A stretch of DNA of 64,000 bases from Eledone cirrhosa (lineage: Eukaryota). The notes under the pieces are model-generated. The model did no database searches. It had not been told where the DNA came from and was given only the letters and a program-made list of their open reading frames with translations. The stretch spans positions 394,134,001 through 394,198,000 of the forward strand of contig OZ024741.1 of assembly GCA_964016885.1 (NCBI GenBank). The letters run 5' to 3'. How positions within the stretch are numbered: the stretch's first letter is position 1; every line of letters begins with the position of its first letter. Position numbers and translations under genes: made by a program. Shown one piece after another: positions 1-12,310 of this stretch.

Positions 1-1179
1 CCATAAGTGCAGTAAATTCCCGAGCTGTGTCTATTATTAGGTACAGTGCGGGAATTCTGAGATGGAATGTTGCTGAACAAAAAGAAATGGATAGGAAGAC
101 TAGGAAGCTATTGACTATCTACAACATGTTCCACAAGAGGAGTGATGTCGATAGACTCTACTTAAGGAGATCTGAAGGTGGAAGAGGTCTTATCAGCATA
201 GAGGACTGTGTTCAGATGGAGAAAAACAACCTACACAAATACGTGACTTATAGTAAGGAGCCAATGCTCAGAACTGTACTGAAGGAGGGGACAATAGGCC
301 AGGGGATGTCCAAGGAGGAAATAACATCAAGGAGAAAGAGCAGCCTTCAGGAAAAATCCCTTCATAGTACCTTCTTTGAGAAAACTGAATTTAGAGAACC
401 ACAGACATGGAACTGGTTGAAAAGAGGAGACCTTAAATAGGCTACAGAAGGAATGTTAATGACTGCGCAGGAGCAGGCCCTCAAAACGAAGTGGTTGAAA
501 CACCATATTTACAAGGAGGAGACTAGCCCACTGTGCAGGATCTGTGGAGAGAGAGAGGAGACTGTGACTCACATTGTATCCGAGTGTAAACACCTAGCCC
601 ATACTCACTTTAAGGGCTGGAGACATGATGTCATGGGCAGGGTGATCCACTGGCACCTATGCAAAGTAAACAATTTACCACATTCTGAGAAGTGGTATGA
701 GCATATCCAGAGTCGGTGATAAAAAACGATCAGGTGAAGGTGCTGTGGGATTTTAGGATACAGGCGGACAAGAAACTGGAACACAATAGACCTGACCTGG
801 TGGTTGTGGACAAAGGAAAAAGATCGTGCCTAATTGTGGATGTGGCCTGCCCATTCGACACGAGAGTGCAAGAGAAGGAGAGGGAGAAAATTAACCGATA
901 CCAGGACTTAAAGTGGGAGGTAAAAAGGATTTGGAACTGCCATGAAGTCAAAGTGATCCCGTATGTCATAGGCGCACTAGGTACTATCTCAAAAAGTTTC
1001 CAGGGATGGTTAAAGAAAATTGGCCCCTACACGCTTTTGGAATGCTTCAAAAGGCATGCTTGCTGGGAACAGCAAGAACCCTCCGATACGTCCTGAATAT
1101 CTGAGGCTGCAGGTAGTGGCTTGATATTCATTTCAACAAACTTTCCAGTTAACTAACATCAATGGCTGAGACTCAAAGA

Positions 1180-1180
<1 letters not shown>
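1..1180 (+). mobile_element. R4/Dong-clade RLE LINE (family Dong-TAA), 3' part; continues left of window
   Basis: RT thumb [20 protein letters not shown] knuckle [18 protein letters not shown], restriction-like endonuclease HNRPDLVVVD..IVDVACPFD; stop and frameshifts; ends in (TAA)n at 1181-1211. Confidence 0.9.
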
Positions 1181-1211
<31 letters not shown>

Positions 1212-1213
<2 letters not shown>

Positions 1214-3613
1214 TTTCTTTATTGGCCACAAGGGCTGACATCAAGAAAAACATCACAGACGGAACAGGACGGTACGATGTGGGTTTTGTGCGTGTAAATA
1301 TTTTTATTATTTATATAAGAAAAGAAAAAAGACATAAAACATATATATATAAACAATAAAAGGAAAATTGAAACAATGAAAAATTCCCCAATAGGGGGGA
1401 AGCCTCCGAGGGTTACTCGTGGCGAAAACCACACAAAAGACCACGGCCACCCTGACTACCAGGGCAAGCGCCCTCTCTCAATTTTTCCATCTCTCAAACT
1501 ACAGACGTATATTCAGAGTGGTCTCGTTCACTCGGACCATTCTCGGTACATTCACCCACCTTTCAACAAACTTGCTAGAAAGCAGCACTTGCCTCTCCAT
1601 CCTGATTTTCCTCTTCAAGTGAAACTTGAAAAAGTTAATCAGGGATTCGCCGAAGAGGAAAGTGTGTGTCTTTAATCCGTTTAACCTTGTCCACCACACA
1701 ATCTCTTTCGCCATGGCCACCAGGCAGATGAAAACCGCCTGCCCTTCCTCCTCAAAGGAAGACGGCGAGACCATCTGCACAATGGACTCAGTCGACAACC
1801 GGATCAGTCCCACACGTGACAGCAACTGTTCGACATAGCTCCACAAGTCAGCAATGCTCGGGCACTGAACAAGTGCGTGCACAACGGTTTCGTCGCTATG
1901 CGCGCATCTCGGACAGGCTCGGCTGACGGCACTTCCGTGCCTGTAGAGCTTATCTCGAACCGGCAGCGCTCCCCGGTAGCACCGCCAGGCCAGGGATTTT
2001 TGGAAGTTATCCATAGGCCCCGGGTTGAAAGTTCTCCGGAAGAGAGCAAGCAGCTGATCTTCTTCGACGCCCAGGATCTCTCCGAGAACGTCGTCGCTCT
2101 TCCCCTCCACTAGTCCTCTATAGAGCGCCGAGGTGGATGTTCCACCGATACTGGTGCCCAACTGGGAGAGGGAAGTGAACGCCTGGAGACATTCCAGTTT
2201 CCAAGCGCTATCCCTCGGTCTTTTTCTGACCCAGGACTGCAGCTCCGTCAAGGAGACGAGCTGTGGGAAAATGTGCCTGGCGAACGGCGACCACACCCGT
2301 TCACCATCAAGGAAGCACCAGTGATGTCGCAGCCTCAGCGCATGCTTGCGCATCATCAGCCATGGCATGCCCAGTCTTCCACACAACGGGTGTTGACAGC
2401 AGATGGATCGTCTGACCATGGGAGCGCGTCCTTTCTACAAAAAGCGGAAGAGGAGGCGCTCCATTTTGGTGAGAGTTGGGCTGGAGCAAGGGACGACGGT
2501 GAGGCGGTAGCAGATGACGGATACGATGTAAGCATTCGCCACTTCCGCCCGACCTTTCAGGGACAGCTTCCTCTCAGCCCATTTCTGGGTGAGGGAGGCC
2601 ATCTTGCTCGTCACCTCGTTCCAGTTTTTCTCCATCTGGAGGTCCGGTCCGAACCAGACCCCGAGGAATTTAACCGGTCCGTCCGTCCAACGCCCCACGA
2701 CGCTGTCGGACGGCATGGACTTGCCTCTCCAGGTGCCTAGCTGCAAGCCCACCGACTTTTCCTGGTTTATCTTTGCTCCTGTCACCGTTTCGTATGAGAT
2801 CGGTGTCGAGCATCTTGACGTGTCTGGTGCTCGACACCACCACGGTGACGTCGTCAGCGTAAGCCGACTCGGATTTCCTGCATCCTAGTTCGCGTGGGAC
2901 GCCCCTCATCGCCCCCAGTTTGTGCAGTAACGGCTCGAGAGCCAATACGTACAAGAGGGACGAGAGGGGACAACCCTGGCGGACTGAGCGCATGAAGCTG
3001 AACGGCTGCGACATGTGACCGTTCACCCTCACAACTGAGCAGATGTCGCTGTACATTGCTGCGATCCAACGCCTGAAAACGGGCCCGAAACCAGCTGCCT
3101 CGAGGACCGCCGCCAGGTACCGATGGTCGACCCTATCGAATGCTTTGGATTGATCCAAGTTGATCCAATTGATCCAAGTTGATCTAAGTTGATCCAAGTT
3201 GCCAGGTTCCTTAACCACCCTCTCTATGATGTATCGCATGAGGTGGAGGTTGTCGTGTATGGATCTGTGCGGGATGGCGCATGTCTGCGCCTCTCCCACC
3301 AGACCCTTGACGACAAGCGCCAACCTCGTTGCTAACAACTTGGCCAAAATCTTGAACTCTGCGTTTAGCAGGGTTATGGGCCTGAAATTATCAATAACAT
3401 CCCCCTTGTTCTGGTCTTTTCTCAGCAGCGCCACTGTTCCTCGCTCACAAAACTGGGAATGCTCCCGTTCTGCTGCCAGTTGCAGTAGACGTCTGCCAAG
3501 AGGTCACCGAACAAGTCTGGCATAAATGCATAAAGCTCGTAGGGTAGACCATCTAAACCTGGCGATTTGCCTCTTGTGCAGTTAGCCATCGCTTCCCGTA
3601 TTTCACCGGCTGT
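1212..3613 (-). mobile_element. Tx1-clade (L1 group) LINE, 5'-truncated, subfamily a
   Basis: RT motifs NFRPITLLN, LDQSKAFDRVDH, RQGCPLS, AYADD; C-terminal CPRC..ETVVHALVQC; 3' end AATAAAGAAATC then (ATT)n; TAA repeats on both sides. Confidence 0.9.
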
Positions 3614-3631
3614 TATAATAATAATAATAAT

Positions 3632-4275
3632 GATTTCATTTATTAACCACAAGGGCCGACATGTAGGGGACAATACAAAGACAGGGACAGTGGGGGTTTA
3701 CAATAAGGTCGAGTAAAAGTGCACAATGGCAAGACTAATTTAACAATGAAAATATAAAAATATAAAATAAACTATGCATAAATATAACAAAATAAATTCC
3801 ACGATAGGGGGTGGACGACCCTGGGGTGACTCTGGTACGCCACCAATCCTGAACCACCCTGCGCTTCTAGGGCACCCAGGGAGAGCACCCCTCTCCTCAA
3901 GTTAGCTAGCCTATAGGCGCATGGTCAGAGTAGGCCCATTCACACGAGCCATTCTCGCCACATTCACCCACCTTTTAGCAAATGTACTGGGGGGCAGCAC
4001 TTCTCTCTCCACCCTCACCTTCCTTTCCAGGTGAAACTTGAAGAAGTTGATGAGGGATTGGCCGAAGAGAAAAGTGTCTGTCTTCAGTCCTTTTAATCTG
4101 GTCCACCATATAACCTCTTTCGCAACCACCACCAGACAGAGAAAATTTCCTGCTCTTCCTGACCTAAGGAAGGCGGTGGATCGATCTTCACTATGGACTC
4201 GGCCGATAGCCGGATTCGTTCCACACGCGACAGTAGCTGTTCGACATAACTCCATAAGTCAGTAATGCACGGTCA
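3632..4275 (-). mobile_element. Tx1-clade LINE 3' fragment, subfamily b
   Basis: ORF2 C-terminus homologous to the adjacent copy (KEVIWWTRLKGLKT) with a different 3' UTR; TAA repeats at 3614-3631 and 4276-4289. Confidence 0.85.
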
Positions 4276-4290
4276 TAATAATAATAATAG

Positions 4291-4580
4291 TACATTATTA
4301 ATAATTATTAATGCACTCGTGCAATGCCTGTGCGTGACGAATATTTTTAAAGTGAGGAAAGACTGTGCACTGAGCCAATCCCACTCTCTGAGCGACAGTA
4401 GCTATAACCCGAAAAGAACAAAAGATCAACATCATCGGTAACTACTGAGCCGCAGGTTTTATGTCGGAGTTAACCCAGTTTCCTGAGATGCCTTCTCCTA
4501 GAAGAATGCCCTGACAAGGGCTAGGGGTTCTTCACTTCCAGTGGTTTAACTGCGCGATCGGGCATCCAGCCCGATTATTT
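4291..4580 (-). mobile_element. RTE-dependent non-autonomous element family B, internal fragment
   Basis: Matches 20825-21090 and the reverse complement of 34630-34895. Confidence 0.75.
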
Positions 4581-4782
4581 CTATGTCCCTGCGCAAAAAA
4601 AAAAGCTCACTTATTGACACTTATACGTACGACATACACACACGCGCATACATACGCGCGCACACACACGCATACATACGCGCGCACACACACGCATACA
4701 TACGCGCGCACACACACGCATACATACGCGCGCACACAGCAACACTCATACATACAAACAAACACACACACGCTACTCACTT

Positions 4783-4816
<34 letters not shown>

Positions 4817-4909
4817 TACCGTCATTACTGATACAAGATTACAAGATTATGTCAACTGTTGACTTTTAAGAGTTTGTATAGTTGAAGCCGTTCGTATTAC
4901 AGTCCAGTA

Positions 4910-5152
4910 TTGTTATAATTGCTTTACAGCATAGAGCTATGGCCCTCCACGCTCTGAGCTTAAATCCTGCCGAGGTCAACCTTGCCCTTCATCCCCACGG
5001 AGTCAACAAAAGAGAGTACCAGTAATGCGCTGGACCAGTCGCTGGATCCGTGCCAAAAGCAGAAAAATTATTATTATTAAAGCGATAAAATAAAGTACCA
5101 GTAATGTACTGGTAATTTGCTAGCCTTGTGCCAAAAGTAGAAACAATTATTA
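4910..5152 (+). mobile_element. tRNA-related SINE with (ATT)n tail, 3' part duplicated
   Basis: GAGCTTAAATCC..GAGGTCAACCTTGCCCTTCATCC..GTACCAGT..GTGCCAAAAGTAGAAACAATTATT; same family at 28070, 38246, 45110, 63695. Confidence 0.7.
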
Positions 5153-5548
5153 AAGTTGTTTTCTTAAGGCCCGGTCGCTGGTGGTGGTGATGGCGGCGGT
5201 GGTGGTGGTGGTGGTGGTGGTGGTGGTGGCAGTTGATGTTGTTGTGTTGTGTGCATGTGTGTTTTGTTATTTTGAGTTTTTTTTTGTTTGTGTTTTTTTT
5301 TTTTTTTTTTTTTTATTGTTTGAAGCCACTGGTGTTGTTGTTGTAAATGTTCATTTCAATTCATTCTGAAGCTGTTGTTGCTGTAAACATTAGTGCCGGT
5401 GTTGTTGTTATTGTAGATGTCATTACCCTATGTCGACTAAAGTCATCGACCTGTTGTCAAACTCTCTACTCTGTGTTGAATGTGTATATATATATATGTA
5501 TGTATATGTGTGTATATACATCACTCAGTCAAACGACCAGATTTCAAC

Positions 5549-5577
<29 letters not shown>

Positions 5578-5582
<5 letters not shown>

Positions 5583-5693
5583 TGAAATAAAATGAAAACG
5601 AAATTTCATTTCTCACTCTTAGTATGGCACTTACTTAAATGTAAGTATGCATGTATACGTAAATACATATATGTATACAGACGTACAGTAGCA

Positions 5694-5775
<82 letters not shown>

Positions 5776-6153
5776 TACATATATATGCATACAGGTACAC
5801 ATACATATATGCACGTATCAGTTTAGCGGACGCTTATTATAACGCCGCTTTGTTCGTTTGTAAACAAACTGAACGGCCTGAATTTATGCCATACGGTGTT
5901 AAGGCAACCACGTCATCTTTTTGTTCAACACTGACACAGGAACGATGTACTAGTTTCAAGCTTGTTAGCTATCATCAGCACCGTTTACCCATCTGCCAGA
6001 TAGTTGAACGTTCGAAAGTATATACTTTCCTTATGAAAATTAACGGCTGAGCAGCCTAATTTGCATATTGAGGGAGTTAAATCGGGCAGGCATACCGAAA
6101 CGATAAATTGAAATAAAATGAAAACGAAATTTCATTTCTCACTCTTAGTATGG
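5578..6153 (-). mobile_element. Hammerhead-bearing repeat unit with ~50-bp terminal direct repeat (candidate retrozyme or Penelope-derived element)
   Basis: 5578-5628 repeated at 6104-6153; 5640-6080 homologous to 10262-10600; contains a hammerhead motif. Confidence 0.55.
5941..5985 (-). ncRNA. Minimal type I hammerhead ribozyme
   Basis: AACGGUG-CUGAUGA-U-AGCU-AACA-AGCU-U-GAAA-CUAG-UA-CAUCGUU: intact core, 7-bp stem I, palindromic stem III, GUA cleavage site. Confidence 0.8.
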
Positions 6154-6246
6154 GTAATAGGAACGAGTAGGACCCCGACGGCTAAGTTCAAGCCGTCGAA
6201 ACGGCTTGAGCTTAGCCGTCGGGGTCCTACTCGTTCCTATTACCCA
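6151..6246. repeat. Near-perfect 96-bp palindrome (46-bp arms, CGAA loop)
   Basis: Arms are reverse complements with one mismatch. Confidence 0.95.
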
Positions 6247-6422
6247 CTCTACTACCCTAAGTATTGAGTACTCTGGTGTGTTATGGTCCACCTGGTTCCT
6301 TACCACATTTCCTTCGTTACATATATATATATATTCAAACATATACACACACACATATATACATGTATACATATATGCATATATGCATATATACATATAT
6401 ACATATATACATGCATATACAT

Positions 6423-6578
<156 letters not shown>

Positions 6579-6593
6579 TTATATTAACAATTA

Positions 6594-8432
6594 ACGGTGC
6601 TGCGATCGAATATTGCTTTTTAGCCCAGCCAATGATCTAAGATGTCTGGCACAGAGTTGGCACCCAAAACATTCACTGGCAACAGCCGGCTGTGGTTGGA
6701 TTTCATGTACTTTGCATGTTGTTTGAGCCCTCCTGCTGATCTACACTCTCTTCCACATGCTTCACAGGTATGATCAGCAGCATCTCCCACAGCAGCCTGG
6801 TAGGCAACCACTGGTCTCACTTTATGACTGCGAAGATGACTTTCGAGTCCAGCTTTGCTGAGGCAGAGTCTCGCACAGACGCTGCATGTCAGCATCATAG
6901 GAGGACCTTCGCTGTCTGGAAATGCAACACCTAGCCCTTTCGTCGCATCCCTTTTTACTTTCTCGCATGCAATTCGAGATGTTTCAAAGGCAACTTTCCC
7001 CTCATGTACTGTCTTTCTCCATTTATTACGATCAGCAGCTACGCTTTCCCATGTATCAGCAGAGATGTTAGCGTCTTTCAAGGGAGGCTTTCAACGAATC
7101 CTTATACCTCTTTTTTGGTTTATGTGGAGGTCGTTTGCCTTTAACTAATTCTCCATAAAATAGTTGTTTCGGCATTCTAGAATCCTTCATCCTGGGAAGG
7201 TGACCCCTCCATCGGAGTCTTTGCTTAAGCACTAGAGCAACTATACCTTCACACAGAGAGCTTTCCAAAATCTCAACATCACTGATGTGGTCCCTCCAGT
7301 GAACGCCATGGATCTGTCTGAGACACATTTGATGGAAACGCTCCAATTGTTTAAGGTGGTGTCGATATGTGACCCAGGTCTCGCAGGCATAAGGAAGAGA
7401 AGAGAGCACATATGACTTGTACACCTTTACCTTTGTCTTCTTGCATATGTGTTGCCGACCCCAGAGGCGTCTTTCTAGCTTTCCGAAAGCATCACTTGCT
7501 TTCCTAATCCTGGGTGGAATTTCAATATGCAGATTGCTGTATCGATTGACAGTGCTTCCCAGGTAGACAAACTGATCAACCACTCCAAGTCGTTTACCAT
7601 ACACATAGATATTTGGTTCACTGTACTGTTTACCTGGGGCAGGTTGGTACATGACGACGGTTTTCTTGAGACTGACGGTCAATCCTAGGGCAGTGCAAGC
7701 ATCAGAAAATGTATTCAAAATGTGCTGCATATGAATCTCTGTGTGCGCTACAAGATCCCAATCATCTGCATACAAGAGGTCTCTTATGATAGAGGTAAAT
7801 ACTTTTCATTTTTCAGCAATACTTTTCATGTGGCAAACAGGCTCGGTGCTGGAATATCCCCCTGTTTCACTCCATTTTTCACTGAGATAGGCTCCGACAT
7901 GTTACCTATGACATTAACCCAAGCCTTCATGTCGTCATGGAAAGAGCTAACCAAAGCAAGGAACTGATCAGGGCAACCAAGTTTTTGGAGAACCTTCTAC
8001 AATGCATTTCTGTTAACAGTATCGAAATCTTTTGTCAGATCGACAAGAACTTGATGACGATCCAAACCTTGTTCCATGCAAACCTTGGAGCTGTCTAGCT
8101 GAGAAGATCATATCAGTAGTGTCGCGTCCAGCATGAAAACCAGATTGACTTTCAGGAAGGACATAATCTGCAATGTGTGTCAGCAGACGGTCCAGAAACA
8201 CCCAACATAAATGTTTTTCTACGACAGAAAGCAATGATATACCCTGTAGTTTCCACAATCATTCTTGTTAAGCTTTCCCTTGTACAAGACTACCATTACT
8301 GTATCTCTCCAATCCTCAGGTACGGATTCACTAGCCCATATACTGCCAAACAAAGAGTGATGTCGCAGAAGTATCTCACCACCATATTGTAAGAGCTCTG
8401 CTTGTATGCCATCCATACATGGAAACTTTCCA
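6594..8432 (-). mobile_element. RTE-clade LINE, 5'-truncated, degenerate
   Basis: LPESQSGFHAGR, YADDWDLVAH, YLGS, RMPKQLFYGEL, C-terminal C2H2 fingers; 5' junction in (CATA)n. Confidence 0.9.
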
Positions 8433-8458
8433 CATACATACATACATACATACATACA

Positions 8459-8489
<31 letters not shown>

Positions 8490-8519
8490 TAACACATTAA
8501 AAGCTACAGCAATGTAGAA

Positions 8520-8760
8520 GATATAGATATACATAATATGAAAGTGTACTGGTGGAATGTTCCACTTCAATAAAATGCAGGCAAAACAGACCAGATATAA
8601 TGATATGGGACAGGGAAACGAAAGGCATGCACAGTAGTGGAAGTTAGCTGCACAGCAGATGCCAATATAATATTAAAGAACAGCGAAAAGGAGAATATTT
8701 ATGCAGAACTAATGAGAAATCTACAGATACTCCATCCTGACTATACCTTCAGACTTATAT
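8520..8760 (+). mobile_element. Diverged RLE-LINE endonuclease fragment
   Basis: Reads NRPDIMIWD..VVEVSC..D, as in R4/Dong elements. Confidence 0.55.
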
Positions 8761-8900
8761 GCATGCATGCAAACATGCTTACATATCTACCTAGTTGATG
8801 TTGTGTAAATTCCAATGAGAGAGTCTTGTGTCTATGTTAGAAACCGACTCTCTCTCTATTGGTAACATTTTGTGAAATTATAAAACCAGAACATACATAT

Positions 8901-9290
8901 ATTGAAAACGTGCTGTGTTGGAGAGATCAGCTGCCCACTTGATGTCAACGTTGTAAGAAAATTACAGGAGGAGGACATCTACAGATCATTGATGAAGAGT
9001 ATGAAGATCCAGTATCCAAGATACACCTTCAGCTTCATACCCATCATTATTGGGGATACAGGTTATATACCAGCCCACTTGACCAAAGTATCACTGAACT
9101 TGGCTTTGTGGACGAAGAGCGCAGCTCCCTAATTCATTGACTACAAATCGTTGCGATAGCTGGCACCTTCAAAATTTGCAAAACATTCTTGCTATTCAAT
9201 GGATGACAATTTCTTCTCTTTTACAACCTTGCCACCAGGAAGGTGGCCAGTCAAACATGTACTCAAAATGAAGACAAAGAGAAACGTTCT
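8901..9290 (+). mobile_element. Dong-CATA family 3' fragment
   Basis: Matches 27064-27457; (CATA)-type repeats on both sides. Confidence 0.85.
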
Positions 9291-9339
9291 ACATAAATAC
9301 ATACATGCATACAGACATGCATACATATATACATACATA

Positions 9340-9950
9340 CATGGTGGCTGCCAAATCGTTTTCGAGTACGGCCACTACTTTATATCCATGTAGGAGAACC
9401 CCTACCGATGCGCTGAACAAGTCTGACTTTTTAGTCCAGCCAGCGACTTGAAAACTCTGGTACAAACACTACACTTGTAACAATTATTGACACATAGTGC
9501 TGGGCCCATGGTACCATGTGATGACAAGTGCAGAGAGATCTCCAGATATAAAGCAATGCCTGTGCTGTGAAGCTTTTATAGTGAGCAAAGGCACTGCACA
9601 AAGCCAGTCCCACCCTCTTAACAAAGATGATATTTACCAAAAAGAAGAACAAGTCAACATCATTGGATACCATCAGAGTTGCAGGTGTTATATTAGAGTT
9701 TTCCTTCTCCTAGAATTCTGCCTTGACAAAGGCTAAGTGGTCATCCCTCCCGGTGATTTTGGATGGCCATTGACTCTTAAGACCTCCTTTGCCATTTGAC
9801 AGGTTTTGTTTTTAGTCCTCCAGGATGTCCAAAGTCACCCTCCTCACCAAGAAACCTTGGTGGGGTTGCCAGTTTAGTCGCCAACGACCCGGCCATGAGA
9901 CAGGTTGTACTGGGATACATGTTACCAGTAGCACCAACTGGTGTCCTGAC
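9340..9950 (-). mobile_element. Non-autonomous RTE-dependent element family A, full copy 1 (~610 bp)
   Basis: 3' ~185 bp matches RTE 31619-31803; TATG/TA tail. Confidence 0.85.
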
Positions 9951-10040
9951 ATATATATATATATACATACATATATATATACATATATATATATACATAT
10001 ATATATACATATACATATACATACATAAATATATACATAC

Positions 10041-10097
<57 letters not shown>

Positions 10098-10180
10098 CAT
10101 ACACATATATATATACATACATATATATATACATACATATATATGTAGATACATATATATATATATACATATATATACAT

Positions 10181-10211
<31 letters not shown>

Positions 10212-10465
10212 CATACATTTATATATATACATACGCATATATATACATACATATATATATATAAGTATGTACACGTACATACATGTATGTATACAGACGT
10301 ACAGTAGTATGTATATATATATATACATACATGCACACATATATATGTACGTATGGATTCACCGAAAATTTATTATAATGCTCGGTGTGTTTGTAAACAA
10401 ACATCCCGTATTAAGCCGTAGTGTCCAGCAACCATCGTTGCTCGTTTGTTCAACACTGACAAAGA

Positions 10466-10508
10466 ACGCTGTACTAGTTTCAAGCTTATTAGCTATCGTC
10501 AGCAACGT
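10466..10508 (-). ncRNA. Minimal type I hammerhead ribozyme (paralogue of 5941-5985)
   Basis: ACGUUG-CUGACGA-U-AGCU-AAUA-AGCU-U-GAAA-CUAG-UA-CAGCGU; stem I has U-G where the other copy has G-U. Confidence 0.8.
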
Positions 10509-10678
10509 ATATCTTCCTGCCAGATTGTTGAACGTATATACTTACCTTATGCATATTAACGGCTGAGTAGCCCAATTTGCATATCGAGTGGGTTAATTTC
10601 GTTTCATTTATTCCGTTTATATATATATACATACATATATATATATATACATATATATATATACATACATATATACAT

Positions 10679-11284
10679 ATGGTGACTGCCAACTCGTTTT
10701 CGAGTACGGCCACTACTTTATATCCATGTAGGAGAACCCCTACCGATGCGCTGAACAAGTGACATTTTAGTCCAGCCAGCGACTTGAAAACTCTGGCACA
10801 AACACTACACTTGTGACAATTATTGACACATAGTGCTGGGCCCATGGTACCATGTGACGACAAGTGCAGAGAGATCTCCAGATATAAAGCAATGCCTGTG
10901 CCGTGAAGCTTTTATAGTGAGCAAAGGCACTGCACAAAGCCAGTCCCACTCTCTTAACCAAGATGATATTTACCAAAAAGAAGAACAAGTCAACATCATT
11001 GGATACCATCAGGGTTGCAGGTGTTATATTAGAGTTTTCCTTCTCCTAGAATTCTGCCTTGACAAAGGCTGAGGGGTCATCTCTCCCGGTGATCTTGGAT
11101 GGCCATTAACTCTGAAGAGCTCCTTTGCCCTTTGATAGGTTTTGTTTTTAGTCCTGCAGGATGTCCAAAGTCACCCTCCTCGCCAAGAAACCTTGGTAGG
11201 GTTGCTCGTTTAGTCGCCAACGACCCGACCATGGGACAGGTTGTACTGGGATACGTGTTGCCAGTAGCACCAACTGGTGGTACT
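10679..11284 (-). mobile_element. Family A full copy 2
   Basis: Colinear with 9340-9950. Confidence 0.85.
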
Positions 11285-11319
11285 GGTATTTATACATATA
11301 TATATACATACATACATAC

Positions 11320-11432
<113 letters not shown>

Positions 11433-11559
11433 CATACATATATATATATATACATATACATACATATATATATATATGCATACTTATATATATATACATA
11501 CATACATATATACATATACGTACATAAATATATACATACATATATATATATATATATAC

Positions 11560-11604
<45 letters not shown>

Positions 11605-11631
11605 AACATATATATATACATATACATACAT

Positions 11632-12239
11632 ATGGTGGCTGCCAACTCGTTTTCGAGTACGGCCACTACTTTATATCCATGTAGGAGAACCCATACCGAT
11701 GCGTCGAATAAGTGACTTTTTAGTCCAGCCAGCGACTTGAAAACTCTGGTACAAACACTGCACTTGTGACAATTATTGACACATAGTGCTGGGCCCATGG
11801 TACCATGTGACGACAAGTGCAGAGAGATCTCCAGATATAAAGCAACGCCTGTGCCGTGAAGCTTTTATAGTGAGCAAAGGCACTGCACAAAGCCAGTCCC
11901 ACTCTCTTAACCAAGATTATATTTACCAAAAAGAAGAACAAGTCAACATCATTGGATACCATCAGGGTTGCAGGTGTTATATCAGAGTTTTCCTTCTCCT
12001 AGAATTCTGCCTTGACAAAGGCTAAGGGGTCATCTCTGCCGGTGATTTTGGATGGCCATTGACTCTTAAGAGCTCCTTTGCCCTTTGACAGGTTTTGTTT
12101 TTATTCCTGTAGGATGTCCAAAGTCCCCCTCCTCACCAATAAACCTTGGTGGGGTTGCCAGTTTAGTCGCCAACGACCCGACCATGAGACTGGTTGTACT
12201 GGGATACATGTTACCAGTAGCACCAACTGGTGACCTGAC
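11632..12239 (-). mobile_element. Family A full copy 3
   Basis: Colinear with 9340-9950. Confidence 0.85.
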
Positions 12240-12310
12240 CATACATATATATACATATATATATACATATACATACATATATATATATATACATACATAT
12301 ATATATATAT

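Noticed and set aside
3150-3200. (TTGATCCAAG) repeated about five times inside the Tx1 RT
   Set aside because: Local slippage in a dead copy; no sign of function.
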